A stretch of 64,000 nt of DNA from Eledone cirrhosa (GCA_964016885.1 OZ024752.1:36580001-36644000), one strand, 5' to 3'. Shown: positions 29,385 through 43,616, counted from the stretch's first letter. A program made the numbers and translations. Notes: generated from the sequence alone by a model not told the origin.

Positions 29385-32300
29385 CAATGCTTCCCAACCT
29401 TTTGTGCACCATGCCGCACCTCCACATCTAAAAAGTTGTTATGCCCCTCATCTTTAATATGAAAACAGCAAGGATCAACTGCAAAGTGTAAACAAATTGT
29501 CGTATTGGTGGTGCCAAATGCACAATAACATGTGTGGAGGAGGTGAGACAGGAATTTCTGCCAGTAATGTGTACCAAAGTTGTCTTGGAGTAGGTGGTGT
29601 CAGATACACAATAACATGTGTGGAAAAGGTGAGACAGGAGTTTCCGACAGTAATGTGCACCAAAGTTGTCTTGGAGTAGGTGGTGCCAGATATACAATAA
29701 CATGTGTGGAGAAAGTGAGACAGGAGTTTCTGACAGTAATGTGTACCAAAGTTGTCTTGGAGTAGGTGGTGCCAGATATACAATAACATGTGTGGCGAAA
29801 GTGAGACAGGAGTTTCTGACAGTAATGTGTACCAAAGTTGTCTTGGAGTAGGTGGTGCCAGATATACAATAACATGTGTGGAGAAAGTGAGACAGGAGTT
29901 TCTGACGATGTGTACCAAAGTTGTCTTGGAGTAGGTGGTGCCAGATATACACTAACATGTGTGGAGAGAGTGAGACAGGAGTTTCTGACAATGTGTACCA
30001 AAGTTGTCTTGGAGTAGGTGGTGCCAGATATACACTAACATGTGTGGAGAGAGTGAGACAGGAGTTTCTGACAATGTGTACCAAAGTTGTCTTGGAGTAG
30101 GTGGTGCCAGATATACAATAACATGTGTGGAGAGAGTGAGACAGGAGTTTCTGACAGTAATGTGCACCAAAGTTGTCTTGGAGTAGGTGGTGCCAGATAT
30201 ACAATAACATGTGTGGAGAAAGTGAGACAGGAGTTTCTGACGATGTGTACCAAAGTTGTCTTGGAGTAGGTGGTGCCAGATATACAATAACATGTGTGGA
30301 GAGAGTGAGACAGGAGTTTCTGACAATGTGTACCAAAGTTGTCTTGGAGTAGGTGGTGCCAGATATACAATAACATGTGTGGAGAGAGTGAGACAGGAGT
30401 TTCTGACGATGTGTACCAAAGTTGTCTTGGTGTAGGTGGTGCCAGATATACAATAACACGTGTGGAGAAAGTGAGACAGGAGTTTCTGACAGTAATGTGC
30501 ACCAAAGTTGTCTTGGAGTAGGTGGTGCCAGATATACAATAACATGTGTGGAGAGAGTGTGACAGGAGTTTCTGACAGTAATGTGCACCAAAGTTGTCTT
30601 GGAGTAGGTGGTGCCAGATATACAATAACATGTGTGGAGAAAGTGAGACAGGAGTTTCTGACGATGTGTACCAAAGTTGTCTTGGAGTAGGTGGTGCCAG
30701 ATATACAATAACATGTGTGGAGAGAGTGAGACAGGAGTTTCTGACGATGTGTACCAAAGTTGTCTTGGAGTAGGTGATGCCAGATATACAATAACATGTG
30801 TGGAGAGAGTGATACAGGAGTTTCTGACGATGTGTACCAAAGTTGTCTTGGTGTAGGTGGTGCCAGATATACAATAACATGTGTGGAGAGAGTGAGACAG
30901 GAGTTTCTGACAATGTGTACCAAAGTTGTCTTGGAGTAGGTGGTGCCAGATATACAATAACATGTGTGGAGAGAGTGAGACAGGAGTTTCTGACAATGTA
31001 TACCAAAGTTGTCTTGTAGTAGGTGGTGCCAGATATACAATAACATGTGTGGAGAGAGTGAGACAGGAGTTTCTGACTATGTGTACCAAAGTTGTCTTGG
31101 AGTAGGTGGTGCCAGATATACAATAACATGTGTGGAGAGAGTGTGACAGGAGTTTCTGACAATGTGTACCAAAGTTGTCTTGTAGTAGGTGGTGCCAGAT
31201 ATACAATAACATGTGTGGAGAGAGTGAGACAGGAGTTTCTGACGATGTGTACCAAAGTTGTCTTGGAGTAGGTGGTGCCAGATATACAATAACATGTGTG
31301 GCGAAAGTGAGACAGGAGTTTCTGACAGTAATGTGTACCAAAGTTGTCTTGGAGTAGGTGGTGCCAGATATACAATAACATGTGTGGAGAAAGTGAGACA
31401 GGAGTTTCTGACGATGTGTACCAAAGTTGTCTTGGTGTAGGTGGTGCCAGATATACAATAACACGTGTGGAGAAAGTGAGACAGGAGTTTCTGACGATGT
31501 GTACCAAAGTTGTCTTGGAGTAGGTGATGCCAGATATACAATAACATGTGTGGAGAGAGTGAGACAGGAGTTTCTGACGATGTGTACCAAAGTTGTCTTG
31601 GAGTAGGTGATGCCAGATATACAATAACATGTGTGGAAAAAGTGAGACAGGAGTTTCTGACAGTAATGTGCACCAAAGTTGTCTTGGAGTAGGTGGTGCC
31701 AGATATACAATAACATGTGTGGAGAAAGTGAGACAGGAGTTTCTGACAGTAATGTGCACCAAAGTTGTCTTGGTGTAGGTGGTGCCAGATATACAATAAC
31801 ATGTGTGGAGAAAGTGAGACAGGAGTTTCTGACAATGTGTACCAAAGTTGTCTTGGAGTAGGTGGTGCCAGATATACAATAACATGTGTGGAGAAAGTGA
31901 GACAGGAGTTTCTGACAATGTATACCAAAGTTGTCTTGGAGTAGGTGGTGCCAGATATACAATAACATGTGTGGAGAGAGTGAGACAGGAGTTTCTGACA
32001 ATGTATACCAAAGTTGTCTTGGAGTAGGTGGTGCCAGATATACAATAACATGTGTGGAGAGAGTGAGACAGGAGTTTCTGACAATGTATACCAAAGTTGT
32101 CTTGGAGTAGGTGATGCCAGATATACAATAACATGTGTGGAGAGAGTGAGACAGGAGTTTCTGACAGTAATGTGCACCAAAGTTGTCTTGGTGTAGGTGG
32201 TGCCAGATATACAAGAACATGTGTGGAGAAAGTGAGACAGGAGTTTCTGACAATGTGCACCAAAGTTGTCTTGGAGTAGGTGGTGCCAGATATACAATAA

Positions 32301-32978
32301 CATGTGTGGAGAGAGTGAGACAGGAGTTTCTGACAATGTGTACCAAAGTTGTCTTGGAGTAGGTGGTGCCAGATATACAATAACATGTGTGGAGAGAGTG
32401 AGACAGGAGTTTCTGACAGTAATGTGCACCAAAGTTGTCTTGGAGTAGGTGGTGCCAGATATACAAGAACATGTGTGGAGAAAGTGAGACAGGAGTTTCT
32501 GACAATGTGCACCAAAGTTGTCTTGGAGTAGGTGGTGCCAGATATACAATAACATGTGTGGAGAGAGTGAGACAGGAGTTTCTGACAATGTGTACCAAAG
32601 TTGTCTTGGAGTAGGTGGTGCCAGATATACAAGAACATGTGTGGAGAGAGTGAGACAGGAGTTTCTGACAATGTGCACCAAAGTTGTCTTGGTGTAAGTG
32701 CTGCCAGATACACACTAACATGAATGGAGGAGGTGAGATAGAAGTTTCTGACAATAATGTGCATCAAAGTTACGTTGGTATAGGTGGTGCCAGATGCACA
32801 ATAACATGTGTGGTGAAAGTGAGACAGAAGATTCTGACAGTAATGTACACCAAAGTTGCCTCGGTGTAAAAGTAATAAAAATCTGAGGTTTGTTCTCATT
32901 AACATCATTTTCAAATGACCCCCTTAAATATTAAAATTGCTTCCTTGTCGGGCGTTCACCCCTCGTTGGGAATCACTG
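29385..32978. mobile_element. Non-autonomous hAT (Charlie-like) element with internal minisatellite
   Basis: Imperfect TIRs caatgcttcccaac / gttgggaatcactg; 8-bp TSD atatagac / atatagat. Confidence 0.8.
29495..32867. repeat. Minisatellite, 83/86-bp unit, about 40 copies
   Basis: Unit ccaaagttgtcttggagtaggtggtgccagatatacaataacatgtgtggagagagtgagacaggagtttctgaca(gta)atgtgta. Confidence 0.97.
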
Positions 32979-33450
32979 ATATAGATTGAAATAGAATTCC
33001 ATTACGACAACTTAAAGGAGAGCACGATTGAGGCACTGAAATACTTCTATTGTGACAGCTAAACAGTATCTCACAGCGCCTGTGACAAGCAGTAGAATTG
33101 CGCCCTGCCCAAATATCTGACACCCATCTTCCATATATCTCTAAAATCGGTATATGCGAAGTATTTGCAAAAGTGTTAGTGTATTTATTTAAAGGGAACG
33201 ATCTGTGTAATACTGATCTTTCACAAATATTAGACCCTATTAAAATATTTCACAGGTCATACTATGAGGTAGGCCTCTGTGGTCATGTAGTTCCCAGCGT
33301 TGTAGCTGTATTTTTACCCCTGGAAGCCTAATAATTTATCATACCACTTCTCCTGTGTATATCTATCTATATAGCTGTAAAATCTTTACAAACCATTTCC
33401 ATTGTTCCATTGTCAGAACAGAAACCAGATAACCTTAATCAAAAGATTAA

Positions 33451-33908
33451 CCCTTTCACATTTACATTACTCTATATATACTATTGTATCTTTGTGGTAA
33501 AGGCTTTATCGTACATAATTATCTCACATAATATCGAATCAACGAGATTTTGATGTTATTCATTTTGTGAAGGCGTATGGCTGATTGGTTAGAGAACTGA
33601 ATTCGCAATCGTGAGGTTGTCAAGTTCGATATCTGGACCAGGCGATGCGTCATGTCCTCGAGCAAGACATTTTATTTCACGTTGCTCCTTCTACCTGGAG
33701 TTGCGACCGAAAGATAGTATTAGCAATTGGAAAGACAAACGGAAACATTGTTTCCTCGGTCCGATTTGACGAAAGGCGATCGACAATTTTTTAATTTTAT
33801 TTTGAGAACAATACCTTAACGTCAGTGTAAGTGGCTAGTTACAGCCAGTTTCAACAGTAAAAGGTGAGAGAATTCTGGCCGGATATGGCTGGTTTAAATG
33901 CTAAAGGG
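33451..33908. mobile_element. piggyBac-like MITE (TTAA TSD) containing a SINE
   Basis: TTAA|ccctttcacattt ... aaatgctaaaggg|TTAA. Confidence 0.75.
33568..33782 (+). mobile_element. tRNA-derived SINE family 2 (CORE-like body)
   Basis: A box tggctgattgg, B box gttcgatatc, then gtcctcgagcaagacatttt; copies at 36225, 48345 and 60935. Confidence 0.8.
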
Positions 33909-34089
33909 TTAAACTCATCAATTAAACTCATTAAACTCCTCAATACATGTGAAGCCATAAAGTTTATCTAAATGTTTTAATGAATATAATAAACTTTACC
34001 CTTAAAGAGAAGATTGAAGTTAGTCGAATTTTTTTCAGTACATTATTGCATCATATATATATATATCCAGTTATTATTATTTCTAACGT

Positions 34090-34580
34090 AAGGTTAACTT
34101 TGCCTTTCACCCTTACGGGGTCGATAAAATAAAGTACCAGTAATGCACTGGGTATTTGCTGGCCTTGTGCCTAACGTAGAAACAATTTATTTCTAACGTA
34201 GAGGGTCGGACGCCATGTTTTGCAGCAAAGAGTTACGGCCTTTTATGATCTGAGTTCAAATCCCGCCGAGGTTAACTTTACCTTTCATCATCACGGGGGT
34301 CGATAAAATAAAGTACCAGTAATACACTGAGATAATTGCTGGCCTTGTGCCAAAAGTAGAAACAATGATTTCTAACGTAGAAGAAAGACCAGCAATTTTT
34401 GGCATGTGGGGAAGGGAGTTGTTTAAATCAAATGCAGTACTTGGGATTTGATTTTATCGATCCCGGAAGAATGTAAAGTAAAAATTGACCTCGGCGGGAT
34501 TCGATCTCAGAACGTAAAAAAAATCTTAGCTAAATACTGCAATGTCATTTTTATCTGACGCTCTATCAGTTCTGTCAACC
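34090..34580. mobile_element. Cluster of SINE family 1 copies and fragments
   Basis: Two plus-strand copies and one diverged minus-strand copy. Confidence 0.8.
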
Positions 34581-34891
34581 TGACTCATGAACACACCACA
34601 CACACACACACACACACACACAACAAACACACTACACACAACACATATACATACACACATACAAACCAACGGCCTCCTTAACGAAATGCTTTTAGAGTCC
34701 TTAGCAAACTGTTATGATGGATTGACCAAATATGGTAAAATATGATCAAATATTGACTACTGGGTTGGCTAAAACGGTCAGTCACCTGAAATATAATTGG
34801 AAATTATTTGAAAGTATATTTGAGAAAAGGTGTAGTCCTATTTGTTTACATCTTTAAACTAATATTACTCGCAGTGAAATCTGTTTCTCCT

Positions 34892-34985
<94 letters not shown>

Positions 34986-35050
34986 TATTCCTACTCACTT
35001 TCCGTTGCTTAAACCCTTTTGTTGTTACTCTAGCGTCCCCCTTTATTTAC

Positions 35051-35156
35051 GTGTCCCAACGACTTTTTTTAGCCGCTGTTCGCACCAACCTGAGGCATAT
35101 GGCCCTTAAAGCGATGAAATGCCGAGGACGGTAGGAGGGTCACTGATGAAGGACTC
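35051..35156 (+). ncRNA. Non-circularly permuted hammerhead candidate, copy 2
   Basis: gtcc..hairpin..tcgc acc-aa-cct ga ggcATA tggccct taaa gcga t GAAA tgcc g agg-ac-ggt agg agggtca CTGATGA a ggac. Confidence 0.8.
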
Positions 35157-35160
35157 ACTT

Positions 35161-35233
<73 letters not shown>

Positions 35234-35262
35234 TAAATATATATATATATATACTCACCTCC

Positions 35263-35315
<53 letters not shown>

Positions 35316-35501
35316 GTTAAAATACTGGAGTGTGTTGGAGTTAAACACCCTCTTCGTATTATAGAAATGACAGTAAAAGGTATAGCTCAATGTAGTTAAG
35401 CAGAGCCGAAAAATTAATTAAGAGAGTGAAACAAAAAAAGCCTTCAATACATCATTTATGTACATATATATATATACATAAATATATATATATATATATA
35501 T

Positions 35502-35940
35502 ATGTAGGAGGTGAGTTTTATTGTAGTACAATAAAGCAATGCAGATATCGGATAAGTAGCACTCTACAGTTTGTAGGACTGGAGTATAAATAATATATAA
35601 GATCAAAAGATGGTTAAAAGAGTTCCATGTATTTTATTATGCGCGTTTCAAAAACAAATATCATCATGCAATAACATTTGCGTTTTCGTCAGATAAAATA
35701 GGGAGACATGATTATGAAGGTTAAAAAATACTTGTGAATAGTGCAGTTTTAAATCAACATATATTGATTTAAATCAACATATATTGATTTAAAACTGCAC
35801 TATTCACAAGTGTGTTTTAACCTTCATATCATGTCTCCCTATTTTATCTGACGAAAACGCAAATGTTATTGCATGATGATATTTGTTTTTGAAATGCGCA
35901 TAATAAAATACATGGAACTCTTTTAACCATCTTTTGATCT

Positions 35941-35948
<8 letters not shown>
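35502..35948. mobile_element. Family E fold-back element (hammerheads - 35630-35700, + 35840-35910)
   Basis: tattttat CTGACGA aaac...gtttt GAAA t-gcgc-ATA ataaaata; inverted arms. Confidence 0.85.
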
Positions 35949-35971
<23 letters not shown>

Positions 35972-35972
35972 C

Positions 35973-36091
<119 letters not shown>

Positions 36092-36107
36092 CATGATTGT
36101 ATATATG

Positions 36108-36178
<71 letters not shown>

Positions 36179-36191
36179 GATTGTATATATG

Positions 36192-36224
<33 letters not shown>

Positions 36225-36225
<1 letters not shown>

Positions 36226-36415
36226 GAAGGCGTGTGGCTGAGTGGTTAGAGAGTTCGATTCCCAGACCAAGCGATGCGTTACGTCCTTCAGCAAGACACA
36301 TTATTTCACGTTGCTCCTTCTACATGGAGTTGCGACCGATAGATAGTATTAGCAATTGGAAAGACCAATGGAAACATTGTTTCCTCGGTCCGATTTGACG
36401 AAAGTCGATCGTTCC
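36225..36415 (+). mobile_element. SINE family 2 with internal deletion
   Basis: Matches 33568-33782. Confidence 0.8.
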
Positions 36416-36510
36416 TTTATATATATACATATATATAGTGGTAGAACAGTGGTGGGCTATATCCGAGGTAGAGCACTCAGTCAGTTCATCGGACGAGTTT
36501 GATAGGAGTA

Positions 36511-37071
<561 letters not shown>

Positions 37072-37302
37072 ACAATAATAAATGTGAAGACTAAAATCCA
37101 AATAAATATATATTAAATAAATATATATCAAAAATATATAAGAACCGTAGAGCAAATATTTATTAAGATAACAGATTAAAGTTTAAGCAAAGAATCGCTG
37201 CTTTCACCCTTAACGGGATCTTCTATGGTTCTTATATATTTGATATATATTTATCCTTATCGAGCCCTCTTTGGATTTTAGTCTTCACATTTATTATTAT
37301 TA

Positions 37303-37357
<55 letters not shown>

Positions 37358-37364
37358 CATATAT

Positions 37365-37500
37365 AATATAGAAATGGCTTCTACTGATGATTTCCTCCGA
37401 ATGAAAGAGTTCTAGTCCTGTAGAAGCCATTTCTATATTAAATATTTATACTCTGCTATATATTGAGTACCTTATTTTTGTGGTTACCCCGATTGAACCC

Positions 37501-37504
<4 letters not shown>
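37365..37504 (+). mobile_element. Family A copy, hammerhead core 37384-37426
   Basis: CTGATGA tttc-ctcc-gaat GAAA gag...ctGTA gaag with a short 5' inversion. Confidence 0.75.
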
Positions 37505-37538
<34 letters not shown>

Positions 37539-37542
<4 letters not shown>

Positions 37543-37730
37543 AACGAGTAGGACCCCGACGGCTGAGCTCAAGCCGTTTCGACGGCTAATTCTGGACAGA
37601 ATTAGCCGTCGAAACAGCTTGAGCTCAGCCGTCGGGGTCCTACTCGTTCCTATTACCCACTCTACTACCCTAAGTATTGAGTACTTTGGTGCTTTATGGT
37701 CCACCTGGTTCCTTACCACATTTCCTCCGT
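37539..37730 (+). mobile_element. Family B hairpin element
   Basis: Palindrome centred on aattct-ggac-agaatt containing GAAAc(a/g)gc-ttgagctca-gccGTC; copies at 44172, 59608 and 63545. Confidence 0.8.
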
Positions 37731-37822
37731 TATATATATATATATATATATAACGCTCACACGTAACGCACACTCGTATGTACATGCATACATACACACA
37801 CACACACACACACATACATATA

Positions 37823-37853
<31 letters not shown>

Positions 37854-38475
37854 ATCATATCGTGTAATGAAAAGAATTTTCATCTCATGTGCGCAAGCGA
37901 ACTGACGTCATTTCCGCCAGAAATATGACGCCATACTGATTTCTGAAAAGAAGACAACCGATTGCAGTTATTTTCTTTATTGTTTGATTTTATTTATTGT
38001 GTTATTTGTTTATTTATTTATTTATTTGTTTGTTTTATTTATTTATTTATATATTTGTTTATTTATTTATTTATTTAGTTGTTTAATTATTTATTTATTT
38101 ATTTATTCATTCATATGTTAATTATTTTTATGTATTAATTCATTTTGTTTTATTTTATTTTATTTTATTTTATTTATCTTACTGTTTAGTCATGGAAGGA
38201 AGGAAGGAAGACGCTTGTCTCCTTTCATTGCCTCCTTCCTCCCCTTCTTCTCCTCCTCCTCCTCCTCCTCCTCCTCCTCGACCGGGACTGGTGGGAGAGA
38301 GGAAGGGAGGGAGGAAGGAAGGAAGGAAGGACAGGAAAGGATGGAAGATATCTTTAAACCGAACCCGAAGATTGAAGAACGAAGACCTGGGGTTGAAATA
38401 CTTCACAGTAGAGATGTCTCTGTGAAGACGACATACATACACACAGGTACACATACACACACTCACACACACACA

Positions 38476-38536
<61 letters not shown>

Positions 38537-38599
38537 ATGTAAAAACGTAAACCGAAATTTCGGTTTACGTTTTACACACACACACACACATACACACAC

Positions 38600-38947
<348 letters not shown>

Positions 38948-39605
38948 TATATATATATATGTATATATGTGGGAGTAATGTACACAGCATTTTAAACATT
39001 CTCGGTAGTCAAAATGCCTTGCGGTATTTGTTCCGGCTCTTTACGTTATGAGTGCAAATCCCGCTGAGGTCAACTTTGACTTTTAATATTTCAAGTGCTT
39101 GCTGGGGGTCGTTTTTCAACAAACAGCCCCTTCCCTTCCCCTCAAACCATTTCAACCATTCCTCATTTCTCACTCACTATAAAGAAATCTTAGGCCTTGT
39201 GCTCACGATAGAAACAAATATATATTTTTTTATTGTTATCATATCATAGTTATTGTATACAATTTTCTATTTCCTACACATATTAGGATTTCTTTCTTTC
39301 AAATATACACAACTTCTCTTTAACTGTTGTTGCTACTATGGTTGCCGATAAACTACTCTCTCTCCCTCTCGCTCTCTCTCTTTCCTTCTTACTTTTCTTT
39401 TCTTTTTCTTTCTTTCTCTCCCCTACCTCTCTATATTGATGGTCTGTTCTTTGGTTCATATCTTTCTCTCTCTTTATTGATGTCTTTCTCTCTCTATCTA
39501 TCTATCTCTCTATCTCACTCTTGTTTTCATCTTTCTATCTCTTTCCTCTTTTCCGTTTTTAGTTCTTTCTGCGCATGTGTAGTGTGTGTCTCTTCTTATC
39601 AATCT

Positions 39606-39637
<32 letters not shown>

Positions 39638-40204
39638 CCCCTCTCTCTCTCACTCACTCACTCACTCTCTCTCTCTCTCCCTCCCTCTCTCACTCACTCA
39701 CTCACTCACTCACTCTCTCTCCATTTCTGTGCACGTACTGTGTTTATTTATGTCTTTATATCGGCTTTATTCTTTCGATAAATCTGTCTGTCTTTCTACC
39801 TAACACAAACCTCACGCACGTCACTTGTGTCTCATTCTATCTTTAGACTTCCTCCTCTTCCCCCTTTCTCCTTCCTATTCACGGTATCTATGTGTGTATA
39901 TATATATGCCCCCCTCCCCCTTCTCTCTCTCTCACTCTTTCTCGCTGTCTTACCTCCCACCACTACCATCACCGCGCCTCGCTTAATAAATCTACCTTTC
40001 TCTTCTCATACTCACACTTTCTCACTACGTTCTCTTCTTCTCACTATCCTCACTTCCCCCTTTCTAAATACATCTCTCAACTTATTTCATTGTCTCACTT
40101 TTTATCTACCTCCTACTCTCTAGAAATTATCTCCTCCCTCTATGCAATCGTATCTTTTTTTTTCCTTTCCTAAAAACAAAGTAACACACAAACACTCTCC
40201 CCCC

Positions 40205-40935
40205 CCCTCTCTCTCTGTCTTTACATATACCATATTTTGCCCTTTTCTCTCTACCTACGCAAACAACACCCCCTCTCTCTCTTTACATATACCATATTTT
40301 TCCCCTTTCTCTCTACCTACACAAACAACACCCCCTCCCTCTCTCTCTCTTTACATATACCATATTTTGCCCCTTTCTCTGTACCTACACAAACAACACC
40401 CCCTCTCTCTCTCTTTACATATACCATATTTTTCCCCCTTCTCTGTACCTACACAAACAACACCACCCTCTCTCTCTTTACATATACCATATTTTTCCCC
40501 TTTCTCTGTACCTACACAAACAACACCCCCTCTCTCTCTCTCTCTTTACATATACCATATTTTCCCCCTTTCTCTGTACCTACACAAACAACACCCACCT
40601 CTCTCTCTTTACATATACCATATTTTCCCCCTTTCTCTGTACCTACACAAACAACACCCACCTCTCTCTCTTTACATATACCATATTTTCCCCTTTCTCT
40701 GTACCTACACAAACAACACTCCTCTCCCCCCTCTCTCTCTCTTCACATATGCCATATTTGCCCCCCTTTTCTCTGTACCTACATATACCATATTTCCCCA
40801 TTTCTCTGTACCTACATATCTTCTATTCCCCCCCCCCTTCTCTGTACCTACTACATATACCACATTCCCCCTTTTCTCTGTACTTACATATCTCATATTT
40901 TCCCCCTTTTCTCTGTACCTACATGTACCATATTT
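40205..40935. repeat. Pyrimidine-rich minisatellite, ~60-65 bp unit degrading to a ~30 bp subunit
   Basis: Repeats of tttacatataccatattttcccctttctctgtacctacacaaacaacaccc. Confidence 0.9.
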
Positions 40936-41194
40936 CCCCTTTTTCTCTGTACCTATGCGACTGTCTCGTACTGAATTATTTCAGATCAGTCCCTCCCTTC
41001 TTTCTGACTACTTTCTCCTAATGCAACCTACCCCACATATTTCGTCTGCCTGTCCTCTCATTATGCAAACGTCTTTCTCTAAATTATCTTATTCTAAACC
41101 AACCCAACACCCACCCTTTCTATTCTTTACCTACTTACGAAGTGCCATCTAATATTTTTCCTTTTTCTCTCGTGGTAGCTTGACCTGTTAAAAA

Positions 41195-41620
41195 TAATGG
41201 TTTCTTATATAGGCACAAGGCCAGCAATTTCGGGGCAGGGGGAAGTCGATTAAATCTACCTCAGTGTATTACTGGTACTTTATTTTATCGACCCCGTAAG
41301 GATGAACGGCAAAGTTAAGCTCGGCGGGATTTGAACTCAGATCATAAAGGGCCGTAACTCTATGCTGCAAAGCATGGCGTCCGACCTTCTACCGATACTA
41401 CTAATCCACCGCCCTTTACCTGTTAGAAATAATTGTTTCTACTTTAGGCACAAGGCCAGCAATTACCCAGTGCATTAGTGGTACTTTATTTTATCGACCC
41501 CGTAAGGATGAAAGGCAAAGTCAACCTCGGCGGGATTTGAACTCAGATCGTGAAGGGACGTAACTATGCTGGAAAGCATGGCGTCCGACCCTCTACCGAT
41601 ACTGCCAATCCACCGCCCTA
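41195..41620 (-). mobile_element. Two adjacent SINE family 1 copies
   Basis: Each ends in aatccaccgccc (reverse complement of the SINE 5' end). Confidence 0.85.
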
Positions 41621-41898
41621 ATAATAACCACATTTCCCTCAAAATACAACTTCGTAAAATAGACGGCTACAATGGATAATGTATGTACGAGGGTCTAGTT
41701 TCGCTTCTTCATAATCAGCAATGGATTTTTAAGCCGACCCGTGTAGCCCAACAATACTAACAACCTACTACCTCTCAGCTTATTTCCCACGCATATCTGT
41801 CGTACGTAAAAGGAGAATAAGATTTGCTGGCCATTGCCATCGTGTCACCTACGAGGCTGTGTCCCCATTAGTGCTTTGGAAACTACAAGCAGTCATTA

Positions 41899-42057
41899 AT
41901 CGGACGCCATGCTTTCCAGCATAGTTACGTCCCTTTACGATCTGAGTTCAAATCCCGCCGAGGTTGACTTTGCCTTTCATCCCTACGGGGTCGATAAAAT
42001 AAAGTACCAGTAATGAACTGGATATGTGTTGGCCTTGTGCCTAAAGTAGAAACAATT
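41899..42057 (+). mobile_element. SINE family 1, 5'-truncated
   Basis: Family consensus match. Confidence 0.85.
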
Positions 42058-42059
42058 AA

Positions 42060-42213
42060 TAACAGGGGGCGCAAGCTCTCCTGGCCCGATGTCATCTCCA
42101 AAGATTCTGGTATTGAAATCCAGGACTTGACAACGGCAATGAACGACGGACCCACGTGAGATCAATTGTTGAGTCCATTTCGGCTGAGGCCTCCGGATGA
42201 TGATGATGATGAT
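42060..42213 (+). mobile_element. RTE-like LINE 3' end with (GAT)n tail
   Basis: Translates to GRKLSWPDVISKDSGIEIQDLTTAMND, then a (gat)n tail. Confidence 0.6.
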
Positions 42214-43129
42214 TTCCCTCTAAGTCAGTGAGTGTTACCCAAACTTTTTTCAGACGATATTACCAGTCCCTTTATAGAATATATTTAATCAGTGTCTAAA
42301 TCATTCCAAAATAATACATTGAAAAATTAAATCCTCATAGCGGCCGATGGCAACTTCATTTTCCATTTTCAAGAGTATTCACCCTATATTATAAGCTATT
42401 TTATAACATCATCGCGTATGAGCACACCTTTATATTAACTTTTATCACCTCAGTGTTTCGTAAAAATCCGAGAGATCAGCTGCGTATAAATTTTTCATTA
42501 TTTTTTGAAAACATTTAAAAATATACCAAAAACAAACAAACAAACAAACGAACAATTGTACAAAAGAATCTAAAATTTCTTGATTTATTAATATGTATTA
42601 TGGGCCGGAACTAATTTTTACACATCCGGTTCGATATCAGTAACAACATCTAAAAATAGTTTCTCATCAAAATGTCCGTCATGGCAGTAAATATACGTTC
42701 TAATAAATATGGCGAGCAGGTCTTCCACTATCGCGTCTCCCATTAGTTCACACAATAGTAACTTGTGTATAACTTCCTGCTGACTTCTACACGCGAGAAG
42801 TAACTAGATAGTGCATACACTAAAATGCTTAAAATTGTACAAAGCATAAACTGGCGTCAATGTATTACAAATAAAAGTTTATACGGAAACTTAGCCAACA
42901 TAACAACTACCATTGCTCGAAAACTGTTACGATTTGGAGGACATATTTAAATAGTTCTGAGAAATCTTTCTGTAATTCTAAATTGTAACACTGGACATGA
43001 ACATCATCATTGTGTATTTCTGTCCTTCCCTTCAGTACAGAAAACCTCGGTAACCTGTGAAATTCTCCACGACCCACGAAGTGTTTGAATAGAATATGTT
43101 GTGAAATAAATGCAGGTAAATCTCCGAGA

Positions 43130-43320
43130 AAAAGGGTTGGATAACATTCACGAGCTCTTGGGGTCTCTCTTAGGGATTCAGCCGGATCAATTGGAGGCGG
43201 TTGCTTCTGACAGGAACAGCTGGAAGGCGCGTTTGATGACTCTGTCCCCACCCCACGACCGTCTCTGAAATAAGTGGGCGAAGAAGAAGGGGGAGGAGGA
43301 GGGGAGAAGAAGAAGAAGAA
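43130..43320 (+). mobile_element. RTE/Expander-like LINE 3' end with (GAA)n tail
   Basis: LDNIHELLGSLLGIQPDQLEAVASDRNSWKARLMTLSPP* resembles RTE C-termini. Confidence 0.6.
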
Positions 43321-43538
43321 GGGGGAAGCGGAGGAGGAAGAGGAGGGGGGAGAAGGAGGAGGAGGGGAGAAAAATAAGAAGGAGTAGAAGGAGGAAAGGG
43401 AGAAGAAGAAGAAGAAGGAGGAGGAGACGACAACAATGTATCATTCAATGCATCACCAATAGATTAAACACTAACTTTTTTGTATGGACAATGTAAGTAT
43501 GGCGGACAGCCCATCCTCGACGGAACTGCTTCAGTTGG

Positions 43539-43616
<78 letters not shown>

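Noticed and set aside
29428-32914. Long ORFs of 1108, 959 and 534 aa
   Set aside because: Translations of a minisatellite whose common 83-bp unit is not a multiple of three; the same peptides cycle through all frames.
33568-33640. tRNA gene
   Set aside because: tRNA-like head continues into a repeated SINE body; no intact cloverleaf.
36440-36512. CCGATGA on the minus strand
   Set aside because: No GAAA or cleavage strand in register.
40142-41152. 336-aa ORF
   Set aside because: Product of a pyrimidine-rich minisatellite.
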